Shown: one piece after another, positions 54,271 to 63,332 of the stretch | How positions within the stretch are numbered: position 1 is the first letter of the stretch | Layout: each line of letters starts with the position of its first letter | From: an uncultured Ilumatobacteraceae bacterium | GTDB lineage: Bacteria > Actinomycetota > Acidimicrobiia > Acidimicrobiales > Ilumatobacteraceae | Assembly: GCA_964565705.1 (NCBI GenBank) | Contig: CAZMGD010000003.1 | Location: forward strand, 12,799-76,798 | Direction: 5' to 3' | DNA length: 64,000 nucleotides | Translations under genes and position numbers: made by a program | The notes under the pieces: generated by a model | Database searches by the model: none | What the model was told of the DNA's origin: nothing | Seen by the model: only the letters and a program-made list of their open reading frames with translations

Positions 54271-55032
54271 TCAGAACGTGTCCGGACGAACCAGCGCGTC
54301 GGTGCCGCCGTCGATCACCAGGAACGAGCCGACCAGGAAGCTCGCCGCAGGGGACAGCGCCCATGCGGCGGCCGAGGCGATCTCCGGCGGTTCGGCCCAC
54401 GAGCCGCGCGGCACGGGCACCGCATCCATCAGCGGCCCGAACTGCTCGTCGGCAAGTGCGCCGGCGGTGAGCCCGGTGTGGGTGTTGCCAGGCGCGAGCG
54501 CGTTGATCCGGATCCCGTCGGCCACCCACGCCGGCGCGTTGCGGCGCACGTAGAGGGCGAGCGCCCGCTTCGACCCCGAGTAGCCCATGCCGCCGTCGAT
54601 CTTGCCGGACAGGTCGATCGCGGTCGCTTCGTCCCCGGTGAGGCAGGCCTCGACGATCGCCTCGTCGTACGGTGCGATCGTCGCCGCGATCGAGGATGCG
54701 ACGATCGCCGCCGGCGCCTCGCCCAACGCCAGCGCAGGTCGCAGCCCCTCCAGCAGAGCGACGGCGCCGAAGAAGTTCACGGTTGCCTGCGCCACCGCGC
54801 CCACCTGCGGGCCGACACCGGCGAGTGCGGCGAGGCCGTCGAGGCGGCCGGCGCATGCATCGAGCACCTCCTCGACCGCGACCGCACGTCCGTCCGGTGT
54901 GGACAGGTCGACCACGACGTCGGCGTCGCGCTGATCGACCGTGATCACGCGATGGCCCTCGGCGCGCAGCTGCGCGGTGAGCGCGCGAGCGATGCCCGAC
55001 GCGGCCCCCGAGACGCACAGGGTTCGCGTCAT
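54271..55032 (-). CDS. SDR, 3alpha-hydroxysteroid dehydrogenase/carbonyl reductase-like
   Basis: Collinear with my recollection of Comamonas 3alpha-HSD/CR: SGAASGIA, DADVVVDLSTPDGR, YSGSKRAL, INALAPG and VIDGGTDALVRP. Confidence 0.75.
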   Translation of the reverse strand: MTRTLCVSGAASGIARALTAQLRAEGHRVITVDQRDADVVVDLSTPDGRAVAVEEVLDACAGRLDGLAALAGVGPQVGAVAQATVNFFGAVALLEGLRPALALGEAPAAIVASSIAATIAPYDEAIVEACLTGDEATAIDLSGKIDGGMGYSGSKRALALYVRRNAPAWVADGIRINALAPGNTHTGLTAGALADEQFGPLMDAVPVPRGSWAEPPEIASAAAWALSPAASFLVGSFLVIDGGTDALVRPDTF

Positions 55033-55457
55033 GCGTCACCTCCCGGCCGGTCGACGAGCACCTTCTCGTACGAGCCGGGACTGGTGATCGCCATGTACGA
55101 CGCCGGTTCGGCCCCGACGTTGTGGATGCCGTGGGGCACGGTGGCGGGCACGATCACCGCCTTGCCGGCCGTCACCCGGATCGGGTCGAGGTCGGCCAGG
55201 TGGTACTCGACCTCGCCGCGCAGCACGACGTGCAGGTGCTCGGTCGTCGGGTGCATGTGGAAGTCGTTCCACTGGCCGGGTTCGAGGTTCCAGAGCACGA
55301 TGCCGAGCTGGCCGGCGATCCAGGCGAAGGACACGACGGCCGACTCCTCCGAGAAGATCTGGTAGTCCGCGGGATCGAACACGAACGTCGCCGGATCGTT
55401 CGGATCGATCCTGCCGGCCAGCTCCGCGTGGATCTGCTCGTGTGACGCGTCAGCCAT
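55029..55457 (-). CDS. Cupin domain protein
   Basis: HMHPTTEHLHVVLRGE...VPHGIHN is a two-His cupin motif. ATG 55457 lies 6 nt after GGAG; ATG 55463 is an alternative. Confidence 0.75.
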   Translation of the reverse strand: MADASHEQIHAELAGRIDPNDPATFVFDPADYQIFSEESAVVSFAWIAGQLGIVLWNLEPGQWNDFHMHPTTEHLHVVLRGEVEYHLADLDPIRVTAGKAVIVPATVPHGIHNVGAEPASYMAITSPGSYEKVLVDRPGGDA

Positions 55458-56427
55458 TGCCATCTCCAGAGGTCGTGTCGACGTACCCGGCGCGCATCTC
55501 GGACCAGGCCTTGCCGTTGGTCTCGGCGGCGTCGCGCCAGGCCGGGGGGAGGTCGGTGTAGGGCGGGCGCGGTGGGCCGCAGCGCATGTAGCCAGCGACC
55601 TGGATGCGGGCCTTCTCGAGCTGCAAGTTGTACTTGGCGAAGTCGGCGAAGTCGGGGATCGGCAGCGGCACTGACGCGATGTCGGCCAGTATCGCCCGGG
55701 CGGTATCGACGTCTCCCTTGCCGATCGCCGCCAGTGCCGCGACCCATGGCTCCGGGCCCATCGCGCACGACGTGGCCCACGCCGCGGTGACCGACTCCGG
55801 CACCGCCTCGTAGGCGGCGCCGAGCGTGCCGCCCTCACCGTGCATGAAGTTCACCTGCGCGCCCGCGGCGTCGAACACCTCACGGTTGAAGCCGAAGCCC
55901 ACCTTGCAGGCCACCACGGTCGGGCAGCGGGCGGCGATGCCCTGCCAGAACGCCAGCGGGTAGTCGAACTTGAAGAAGAACGAGTTCGCGTACACGAGCA
56001 CGGCAAGGTCGGGCACCGCCGCGCTGAGGTCGGCGTGGAACCCGACGGCGTTGTCGACCGTCGGTGTCTGCCACAGCGGCAGGCCGACGAACGCCCCGTC
56101 GAGGCCGAGGTCGCGGATGGCCCGCATCTGCTCGACGACCTCCCGGGTGCCGAGCGCAGTGGCGCCGGCGAACAGCGGCACACGCCCGCCGACCGCGTCG
56201 CGCACCGCCGGGTACAGCACCTGCTTCTCGGCCCAGGTGAGCGTCGCGCACTCGCCGGTGGTGCCGCAGAGACCGATCGCCGACACACCGTCGCGGATCA
56301 ACTGGTCGGCCACGCGGGTGATCTCCTCGAGATCGATCGTGTGCTCCGCACCGAACGGATCGGCGCCCTCGCGCAGCGGCGTGGGCGGCAGCGCCATCAC
56401 GCCGGTGAGATCGCTCGCCGTCAGCAT
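55450..56427 (-). CDS. Dihydrodipicolinate synthase / class I aldolase family protein
   Basis: 325 aa with GLCGTTGECATLT, YANSFF and the Schiff-base Lys context VVACKVG. Confidence 0.78.
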   Translation of the reverse strand: MLTASDLTGVMALPPTPLREGADPFGAEHTIDLEEITRVADQLIRDGVSAIGLCGTTGECATLTWAEKQVLYPAVRDAVGGRVPLFAGATALGTREVVEQMRAIRDLGLDGAFVGLPLWQTPTVDNAVGFHADLSAAVPDLAVLVYANSFFFKFDYPLAFWQGIAARCPTVVACKVGFGFNREVFDAAGAQVNFMHGEGGTLGAAYEAVPESVTAAWATSCAMGPEPWVAALAAIGKGDVDTARAILADIASVPLPIPDFADFAKYNLQLEKARIQVAGYMRCGPPRPPYTDLPPAWRDAAETNGKAWSEMRAGYVDTTSGDGNG

Positions 56428-56867
56428 CAGGCGCTCGTCGCGAACGTCAGGTACGGCAGGATCGGGCTCATGTCGCTGTAGACCTTCTCGCCGAGGGAGA
56501 TCTCGCCGTCGAAGGCGAAGATCCCGACCGACTTCACCGTCGCCATCTCGCCGGGCGTGCTGCCGTCGAGCCCGTTGGGGAAGTCGGTCTCGACCTCGAC
56601 GATGACGTTGTCGTCGGCATGGTGGAAGCGCACGGCCCGGTGGACGATCCCAGGCAGCGCAGTGAACATCAGCTCCAGCAGCTGACGCACCTCGTCCTGG
56701 CCGCGCAACACCACGTCGATCGACGCCAGGTCGTACGTGGGCGGATCGATCATCGTGGCGAGCACCATGTCGGCGTTCATCTCGGTCTCGCCGCGCAGGT
56801 GGGTGGCGAGCGTCGCTTCGCGCTTGGCGCGCAGCTCGGCGCTCGGCGATGTCGGGGTGTCGGTCAT
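56427..56867 (-). CDS. SnoaL/NTF2-fold (ester cyclase-like) protein
   Basis: 146 aa. Pattern DMVLATMIDPPTYD...GIVHRAVRFHHADDNVIVE...FDGEISLGEKVY. Confidence 0.55.
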   Translation of the reverse strand: MTDTPTSPSAELRAKREATLATHLRGETEMNADMVLATMIDPPTYDLASIDVVLRGQDEVRQLLELMFTALPGIVHRAVRFHHADDNVIVEVETDFPNGLDGSTPGEMATVKSVGIFAFDGEISLGEKVYSDMSPILPYLTFATSA

Positions 56868-56901
56868 TGGAGTGCTCCTCTCAGGTGCGGATGCGGGTCG
56901 A

Positions 56902-58104
56902 TCAGCCGAACGGACCGGGCGCTGGTGGCAGGCCCATCACCATCCGACCCCAGTTGCCGTACGCGGTGTCGGTGTTGAACCCCTGGTGGGCGGCGAGCCC
57001 GCGCACGTCGCGCCACCACTTGTTGGCCGGATGTCCCTCGAACAGCGCCGACCCGCCGCTGCGCCGCATCGTCTCGTCGACGACGTCGGTGCACAGCTTC
57101 ACGGCGAACGTCGAGTCCCGGCCGACGGCCAGGGCGCTGGCGGGATCCGCGGGCCCGTCGCCCGGGTCGTCGAGCTGCCGGGCGGTCGTGCGCAGGACCG
57201 TCTCGGCCGCGCTCACCATCGCCGACACCTCGCCGATGTGCACGAGCATCGGCCCCTCGGTGCCGATGCGCTCACCGGTGTAGATGAGCCGCTTCGACTG
57301 CATGTACTCGGTGAAGTGCTTCACCGCGGCGCGAGCCCCGCCGAGGATCGGCGCGGCGAGATAGATCGCGAGGCAGGTGAACGACCGCCGGAACAGCGGC
57401 GACGTGTTGACCTCGGCCCCCGGCGTCATGCCCATCAGGGCGAGCATCGGGTCGAGGATCCGGTGGTCGGGGATCACCGTGTGCTCGATCGACAGCGAGT
57501 TGCTGCCGGTGCCCTGGGCGCCGACCGTGCGCCAGTCGGTCCCGACCGCGTAGTCGGTGCGCGGCACGAGACCCCACCGCATCGCCGGTGGCGTGCCGTC
57601 GTCACCGGCCGGCGTCCGGAATCCCACCATCGCCCACTCGGCGTGATCCGATGCCGACGAGAACGGCCAGGTTCCGTCGGTCAGTTGCCAGCCGCCGTCC
57701 ACCCGCGCCACGCCCGCTCGCGACGGCGCGAACGACGAGGACATCAGCACCGTCGCGTCATCGTCCCAGATGTCGTGCTGCGCCTGGTCGGGGAACAGGC
57801 CGATGATCCACTCATGGCTGGCGAGGATGACGTACGCCCAGCCGACCGACACGTCGCCCTCGGCGAGGGTCGCGCCGACGTCGAGGATCGCCTCCACGCC
57901 GAGCTCGGGACCGCCGAAGCGCGCTGGCTGGTTGAGACGCAGCAGGCCCGACGCCCGCAGCTCGTCCATCGTCGAGTCGGGCACGCGGCGCAGCGCTTCG
58001 GTCTCGGCCCACCGCTCGGGCAGCCGGGCCGCGATCGCCGCCGCGCGCTCGACGGCGTCGTCGGCGGTCTGCGGCGGGTCGGTCTGGACGGGTGACTCGA
58101 TCAC
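56902..58104 (-). CDS. Acyl-CoA-dehydrogenase-fold flavin-dependent monooxygenase, HsaA-like oxygenase component
   Basis: Collinear with HsaA as I recall it: LRRVPDSTMDELRASGLLRLNQP..FGG, GWAY...HEW and DGGWQLTGTWPFSS. GTG 58104 follows GGAG + 7 nt; the track ORF starts at 58143. Confidence 0.78.
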   Translation of the reverse strand: MIESPVQTDPPQTADDAVERAAAIAARLPERWAETEALRRVPDSTMDELRASGLLRLNQPARFGGPELGVEAILDVGATLAEGDVSVGWAYVILASHEWIIGLFPDQAQHDIWDDDATVLMSSSFAPSRAGVARVDGGWQLTDGTWPFSSASDHAEWAMVGFRTPAGDDGTPPAMRWGLVPRTDYAVGTDWRTVGAQGTGSNSLSIEHTVIPDHRILDPMLALMGMTPGAEVNTSPLFRRSFTCLAIYLAAPILGGARAAVKHFTEYMQSKRLIYTGERIGTEGPMLVHIGEVSAMVSAAETVLRTTARQLDDPGDGPADPASALAVGRDSTFAVKLCTDVVDETMRRSGGSALFEGHPANKWWRDVRGLAAHQGFNTDTAYGNWGRMVMGLPPAPGPFG

Positions 58105-58205
58105 GCAAGCGCTCCATGGCTCAGACGGTGGGTGGCGGCTCACCGCGCGGTCCCCGGTTCGCGCCCGATCGGTCTGCCGACGCCATCATCCTTCATCATC
58201 CACAC

Positions 58206-58230
58206 CTTGATGTCAATGTCTTGATATTCA
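58206..58230. promoter_or_regulatory. Type-2 AT-rich operator-like palindrome, site 2d (CTTGATGTCAAT-GT-CTTGATATTCA)
   Basis: Lies ~100 nt upstream of the HsaA-like start and just after ABC ATPase stop 58234. Confidence 0.6.
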
Positions 58231-58233
58231 TGG

Positions 58234-58929
58234 TCAACGCAAGTAGCTCGCAGCCACGAGCTCCCCTTCGGCGGCGAGTTCGGCGGCGCTCCCGGCCAGC
58301 ACGACGTCGCCATGGTTGAGCACGACCGCGCGGTCCGCGACGCGCAGCGCCTTGTGCACGTGCTGCTCGACGAGCAGCACACCGCAGCCGCCGTCGGTCG
58401 CGATCGTGCGCAGGACGGGTAGGAGTCGGTCGACGATGATCGGCGCCAGGCCGAGGCTCATCTCGTCGACCATCAAGAGGCGTGGGCGGCCGAGCAGCGC
58501 TCGCCCGAGCGCGAGCATCTGCTGCTCGCCACCCGACAGCAGTCCCGCCCGCCGGTCGAGCAGCGGCTCGAGCGCCGGGAACAGGTCGAGCACCCGCTCG
58601 AGGTCACCTGCGCCGCCACGCCCGAGCCGGAGGTTCTCGCGGACCGTCAGCTGGAAGAACAGCGCCCGGTCCTCGGGCACGTGCCCCAGACCCAGGCGGG
58701 CGAGCTGGTGCGGCCGGCGGCCCTTGGTCGTGGCGCCGAACAACGTGATCTCACCGTGCAGCACGGGCAGGATGCCTGAGATCGTGAGCAGCGACGTGGT
58801 CTTGCCCGCCCCGTTCGGGCCGAGCAGGGCGACGACCTCGCCCTCGGCGACCTCGAGGTCGAGATCGCGCACGACGGGCACGCCGTCGTACCCGGCGCGC
58901 AGGCCCGACACGCGCAGCAGCGCGGTCAC
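58234..58929 (-). CDS. ABC transporter ATP-binding protein, LivF type
   Basis: GTG 58929 overlaps the upstream stop (GTGA), giving 231 aa. Walker A GPNGAGKTT, signature LSGGEQQ, Walker B LLMVDE. Confidence 0.9.
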   Translation of the reverse strand: MTALLRVSGLRAGYDGVPVVRDLDLEVAEGEVVALLGPNGAGKTTSLLTISGILPVLHGEITLFGATTKGRRPHQLARLGLGHVPEDRALFFQLTVRENLRLGRGGAGDLERVLDLFPALEPLLDRRAGLLSGGEQQMLALGRALLGRPRLLMVDEMSLGLAPIIVDRLLPVLRTIATDGGCGVLLVEQHVHKALRVADRAVVLNHGDVVLAGSAAELAAEGELVAASYLR

Positions 58930-59696
58930 GAGGTGCCCTCGGGCTCGTCGATGCCGAGGTACGCCTCGCGCACGAGCGGATCGCTGCGCACCTCGTCGGC
59001 ACTGCCGTGGGCGATGACCTGGCCGAACTCCAGCACGTAGATGCGCTGGCAGATGCCGAGCACCAGGCCCATGTCGTGATCGACCAAGAGGACGCTCGTG
59101 CCGTGATCGACCACTCGCTGGATCGCCCGGCCGAGCTGCACGCTCTCGTCCGAGTCGAGCCCGGCCGCGGGCTCGTCGAGCAGCACGACGCGCGGTTCGG
59201 CGACCAGTGCCCGGGCGACGCCGACGAGCTTGCGCTGGCCGAGGGAGAGGTCGTCGGGCATGCGGGGCAGCAGGTCGCCGATCCCGAGCACGGTCGTCGC
59301 CCACTCGAGCGCAGAGCTGTGACACCGCCGCCGGGGGCGCACGACATCGGCGAGCGGCGCCCACCACTTGGGGCGCTCCGCGGCCACCAGCAGGTTCTCC
59401 TCGACCGTGAGATCGCCGAACAGCTCCAGGGACTGGAACGTGCGGGTCAGGCCGGCGAGCGAGCGGCGGTGCGCGCCGAGCCGGTTCATCTCCTGCCCGC
59501 AGAACTCGACCACCCCGGTGCTCGGCACGAACCCGGTGATCGCGTCGATGCAGGTCGTCTTGCCCGCGCCGTTGGGCCCGATCAGGCCGACCAGCTCGCC
59601 GCTGTCCACGTGCAGGTCGACCTGGTTCACCGCGACGAGACCACCGAAGCGGACCATCAGGCCACGGGTCGCGAGCAGGGTGGCACGCTCGGTCAT
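58926..59696 (-). CDS. ABC transporter ATP-binding protein, LivG type
   Basis: 256 aa. Walker A GPNGAGKTT, LSLGQRK, VVLLDEPAAG. Confidence 0.9.
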   Translation of the reverse strand: MTERATLLATRGLMVRFGGLVAVNQVDLHVDSGELVGLIGPNGAGKTTCIDAITGFVPSTGVVEFCGQEMNRLGAHRRSLAGLTRTFQSLELFGDLTVEENLLVAAERPKWWAPLADVVRPRRRCHSSALEWATTVLGIGDLLPRMPDDLSLGQRKLVGVARALVAEPRVVLLDEPAAGLDSDESVQLGRAIQRVVDHGTSVLLVDHDMGLVLGICQRIYVLEFGQVIAHGSADEVRSDPLVREAYLGIDEPEGTS

Positions 59697-61819
59697 CGGG
59701 CGAGCCCACCAGAGGTCGCCGTGGTCGTCAGCGGATCAACGGCAGCCGTCGCTTCGGCCTCGTCGCCGTGCGGCTGGCCGCCCGCGGCGTGCTGCCTGCG
59801 GCGGCGGCGCTTCGCGCGCTGCTCGTACAGGGCGCCGGCGACACCGGTGGGATGGAGCACGGCGACGACGATCAGGCCGAGCCCGCTCGCCAACTCCTGC
59901 CAGGCCTCGATGTGCACGACCTTCTCGAACAGCACGGTGGCCAAGCCGCCGAGGATGGTGATGCCGGCGATCATCGCCCCGCCGATGCTGGCGATGCCGC
60001 CGAGGTAGGCCACGGCGAGGAGGCTGAGCGACTGGAGCGCGGCGAACCCCTGCGGTGACAGCCGGCCACCCGCCTGGTAGGCGAGCAGTGCCCCGCCGAG
60101 CCCGGCGACGAACGACGACAGCGCGAACGCGGAGAGCTTGACGCGCGCGACGTGCACGCCCGCCGCTGCTGCTGCTGCCTCGTTCGAGCGCACGGCCAGC
60201 ATCCGCCGCCCGGTCGTCGAGCGGCGCAGGTTGGCGACGGCGAGGCACATCAGGCAGGTGACGATGAGCACCAGCACGCCGAACACCGGTGAGGGGATCT
60301 TGTCGTCGCCGAGGAAGAAGGAGTCGAACGGACCGAGCCCGATCCCGAACAGCTTCGGCGAGTCGGCGGTCAGCGGGCGGGCCTCGTACTGCGTCACCGT
60401 CGGGTTGTTGAACACCATCTTCTCGAGCACCACGGCGAGCGACAGGGTGATCACGGCCAGGTTGACCCCGCGGACGCGAAGCGCGGGGATCCCGACCAGC
60501 ACACCCAGCACGGTCGCGGCCAGCGCGGCGAGAAGCGGCGCCAGCGGGAACGGCACCCCCCACCGGCCGGAGATCCACGTCAATGCGAACGCGGAGAATC
60601 CGGCGATGGCCATCTGGGCGAGGGAGATCTGGCCGACGTAGCCGGTCAGCACGACGAGCGACAGCGCGAGGGTGACCCCGATCAAGGAGGTGGTGATCGC
60701 CTGGCGCACGTCGAACTGGAGGAACGACACGGCGACGAAGCCCACCGCGAACAGCGCCGTGACTCCGACCCCCGGGTGGTTCACGGGCGGTGCGCTGGGG
60801 AGCTTGCCCTCCCGCAGCGCGCCGCGGGTCGGGAGGGTGTCGCCGCGAACCATCATCGTCACCGCGATCACGAGGAACGGCACCAGCTCGCGGCTGCCGC
60901 GAGGCAACCAGTCGGTCGCCGGACGGGAGTCCAGGTACTGCACGAGCTGGTCGAGCATCCCGATCGCCAGCCCGGCCACGGCGGCGACGATGAAGGACGT
61001 GAAGCTGGCGACGAGGGCGGCCGCCAGCGCGGGGATCACGAACAGCGTGAAGTTGACCGGGCTGATCGTCGTGATCGGCGACACCAGGATCCCGACCAGC
61101 CCGGCGAGCAGCATCGCCAGCACCCAGTTCGCGCCGGCCAGCACGTCCGGGCTGTAACCGAGCAGCGACGCACCCTTCTCGTTCTCGGCAGCTGCGGTCG
61201 TCGCCAGGCCGAAGCGGGTGGCCCGGTACAGCAGCGTGAGCAGGAGCGCGAGGACGACCGTGACGGCCGCCAGCAACAGGCGATCCCACGGGATCACGAC
61301 GCCGGCGAAGTGGAACCCCGACGTCGGCAGGATCGAGCCGACGCTTCGGCTCTCGGATCCGAAGCGCAGCGTGATGCTCGCCTGGAGCACGAGCATGATG
61401 CCGACCGCGGCCACGACCTTGGCCAGCGGCGGCGCGTCGTGCATCGGTCGGAACACGAGGAAGTGCACCAGCAGCCCGATGATCATCCCGGCGCTCAGCG
61501 AGATGAGGAGCGCCGGGATGAACGGCATCGGGTCGCCGAAGCCGAGGAACGTCGGCCAGTCAGGGAGGTCGAGGTCGCCGCCGAAGAACCGGTTCGCAAC
61601 GCCCTCGACGAGCGCCAGCGGGTTGGGCAGCGGCAGCAGCGGCATCCGGCCGCTGCGCCGCAGCTCGCTGTAGGTGTAGGCCACGAACGCCGTGACGGCA
61701 CCGTGGCTGAAGTTGACGACCCCCGAACCCCGGTATGCGAGCACCAGGCCCTGTGCCATCGCCCCGTAGAGCGCCCCGGCCCCGAGGCCGAGGAGCATGA
61801 AGGCGAGATACGAGTTCAC
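59693..61819 (-). CDS. Fused LivH-LivM type branched-chain-amino-acid-family ABC permease
   Basis: 708 aa with two consecutive multi-TM permease modules. The stop overlaps the ATPase start (ATGA). Confidence 0.85.
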   Translation of the reverse strand: MNSYLAFMLLGLGAGALYGAMAQGLVLAYRGSGVVNFSHGAVTAFVAYTYSELRRSGRMPLLPLPNPLALVEGVANRFFGGDLDLPDWPTFLGFGDPMPFIPALLISLSAGMIIGLLVHFLVFRPMHDAPPLAKVVAAVGIMLVLQASITLRFGSESRSVGSILPTSGFHFAGVVIPWDRLLLAAVTVVLALLLTLLYRATRFGLATTAAAENEKGASLLGYSPDVLAGANWVLAMLLAGLVGILVSPITTISPVNFTLFVIPALAAALVASFTSFIVAAVAGLAIGMLDQLVQYLDSRPATDWLPRGSRELVPFLVIAVTMMVRGDTLPTRGALREGKLPSAPPVNHPGVGVTALFAVGFVAVSFLQFDVRQAITTSLIGVTLALSLVVLTGYVGQISLAQMAIAGFSAFALTWISGRWGVPFPLAPLLAALAATVLGVLVGIPALRVRGVNLAVITLSLAVVLEKMVFNNPTVTQYEARPLTADSPKLFGIGLGPFDSFFLGDDKIPSPVFGVLVLIVTCLMCLAVANLRRSTTGRRMLAVRSNEAAAAAAGVHVARVKLSAFALSSFVAGLGGALLAYQAGGRLSPQGFAALQSLSLLAVAYLGGIASIGGAMIAGITILGGLATVLFEKVVHIEAWQELASGLGLIVVAVLHPTGVAGALYEQRAKRRRRRQHAAGGQPHGDEAEATAAVDPLTTTATSGGLAR

Positions 61820-61848
61820 GAGGTGGTGCGTTCAGCCGTTCCGTGACG

Positions 61849-63240
61849 TCAGTTGGCGTAGGCGTCGTACGGGCCGGGCACCGCGTCGGTGAACGTGCCG
61901 TCGTCGTTGATCCGCATGATCCGGGTCTCGGTCGTGCAGAGCGCCGGCAGCACCGCGCCCGGGCACGACAGGGTGCGGGGCCCGAGGAACATCGGCCCGG
62001 TGAAGGACATCAGCCCGTCGCGCCAGCTGTCGCGGCTCAGGTTGTCGGCGCCGATGTCGTTGCCGATCTGCCACAGCGTGATCAGCTGGCCGAAGCTCTG
62101 CGAGGCGCTCGTCAGCCCGACGGCGTCGCCCAGTCCTGCGGCCTCCATCTGGGCGATGAAGAGGTCGAGCTCGGGGTCCTCATCGGTCAGACCGGGCAGC
62201 ACCGACGGTGCGCCGACCAGCCAGTCGGTGACGCCGCCGTTCGTCTCGTTGATCACGCTCGGGTCGCCGCACGACGAGACCGCGAGCACCGGCTTGTCGG
62301 AGCCGATCTGGGTGAGCGCGTTCGCCACCTGGGTGCAGGTGTTGGCGGCCGTGACCAGGATGTAGGCGTCGTTGTCGTTCGCCTGGAGGGCGCCGGCGAG
62401 GTCGGTCTCGGCGGTGCCGGCGAGCACCGAGTCGATCGTGATGCCGTCGAGCTGCGGCGCCGCCTTCATGCTGTCGATCACGGCCTGGCCACCACTGTTG
62501 CCCTCGGCGACGACGGTCAGCGACGTCGCGCCGAGCTCGCGCACGGCGTAGTCGGCGAGGCCGACCACGATGCCGGCGCCACCCGGCGTGAACGCGATCG
62601 CCGACGGGCTGGTGTAGTCGGCGGTGTTGAGCGGGGTGCCCTCCAGCGCGACCAGGTTTCCCTGCTCGAGCACCGGCCAGAACGCGTCCGAGCCGAGCAC
62701 GAACTGCGTGGTCACGATGTGGATCGAGTCGTCGTTGACCATCTGCTGGCCGCACTGCTGGTTGCTGTCGGGGTCGAGCCCCGTGTTGCAGTCGACCAGC
62801 TCGACCGGGTGGCCGCCGATGCCGCCGAGGCTGGTGTTGATGTACTCGACCGCGCCTTGCGCGCCGGCCAGGGGGCCGGGGAACGACGGTGTGCCCTCGC
62901 TCTGGTTGACGAGGCCGATCCGCACCGGATCGAGCGAGTCGTCGGCCGCACCGGTCTCCTCGGGGATGAAGAAGTCCCCGTCGGCCATCGCCTCGGTCGT
63001 GGACGGCGCCGCCGTGCTGCCCGAAGCAGCGGTGGTGCCCGGCGCGGCGGTGGTCGCCGTGCCGCCGCCTGCAGTGGTCTCCGGCGCAGCGGTCGTCTCG
63101 GCCGCGGCGGTCGTGTCCGCGGCGGCTGCCGTCGTCGCCGCGGCCGTGTCGTCCGTGTCGTCGTCCCCGCCGCATCCGGCGGCGAGCACGGTCAGCACGG
63201 CAGTGCACGCGAGCGCGCGCGTCCAACTCGATCGCAGCAT
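61849..63240 (-). CDS. ABC transporter substrate-binding lipoprotein (LivJ/PBP type 1 family) with Thr/Ala-rich linker
   Basis: Signal peptide and lipobox LAAGC, an ~70-aa T/A-rich linker, then a PBP1 fold (IGLVNQSEG, GADNLSRD...). Confidence 0.85.
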   Translation of the reverse strand: MLRSSWTRALACTAVLTVLAAGCGGDDDTDDTAAATTAAAADTTAAAETTAAPETTAGGGTATTAAPGTTAASGSTAAPSTTEAMADGDFFIPEETGAADDSLDPVRIGLVNQSEGTPSFPGPLAGAQGAVEYINTSLGGIGGHPVELVDCNTGLDPDSNQQCGQQMVNDDSIHIVTTQFVLGSDAFWPVLEQGNLVALEGTPLNTADYTSPSAIAFTPGGAGIVVGLADYAVRELGATSLTVVAEGNSGGQAVIDSMKAAPQLDGITIDSVLAGTAETDLAGALQANDNDAYILVTAANTCTQVANALTQIGSDKPVLAVSSCGDPSVINETNGGVTDWLVGAPSVLPGLTDEDPELDLFIAQMEAAGLGDAVGLTSASQSFGQLITLWQIGNDIGADNLSRDSWRDGLMSFTGPMFLGPRTLSCPGAVLPALCTTETRIMRINDDGTFTDAVPGPYDAYAN

Positions 63241-63292
63241 GTGAAATCCCCCTCGGTTGCTTGCCCCTGGGGTCAGTGAAAACCATCAGCTA

Positions 63293-63317
63293 CTTGATGT
63301 CAACACCTTTATCAATC
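63293..63317. promoter_or_regulatory. Type-2 AT-rich operator-like palindrome, site 2e (CTTGATGTCAAC-AC-CTTTATCAATC)
   Basis: Lies 53-77 nt upstream of substrate-binding-protein start 63240. Confidence 0.55.
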
Positions 63318-63332
63318 CGCTGATGCGGTCGA

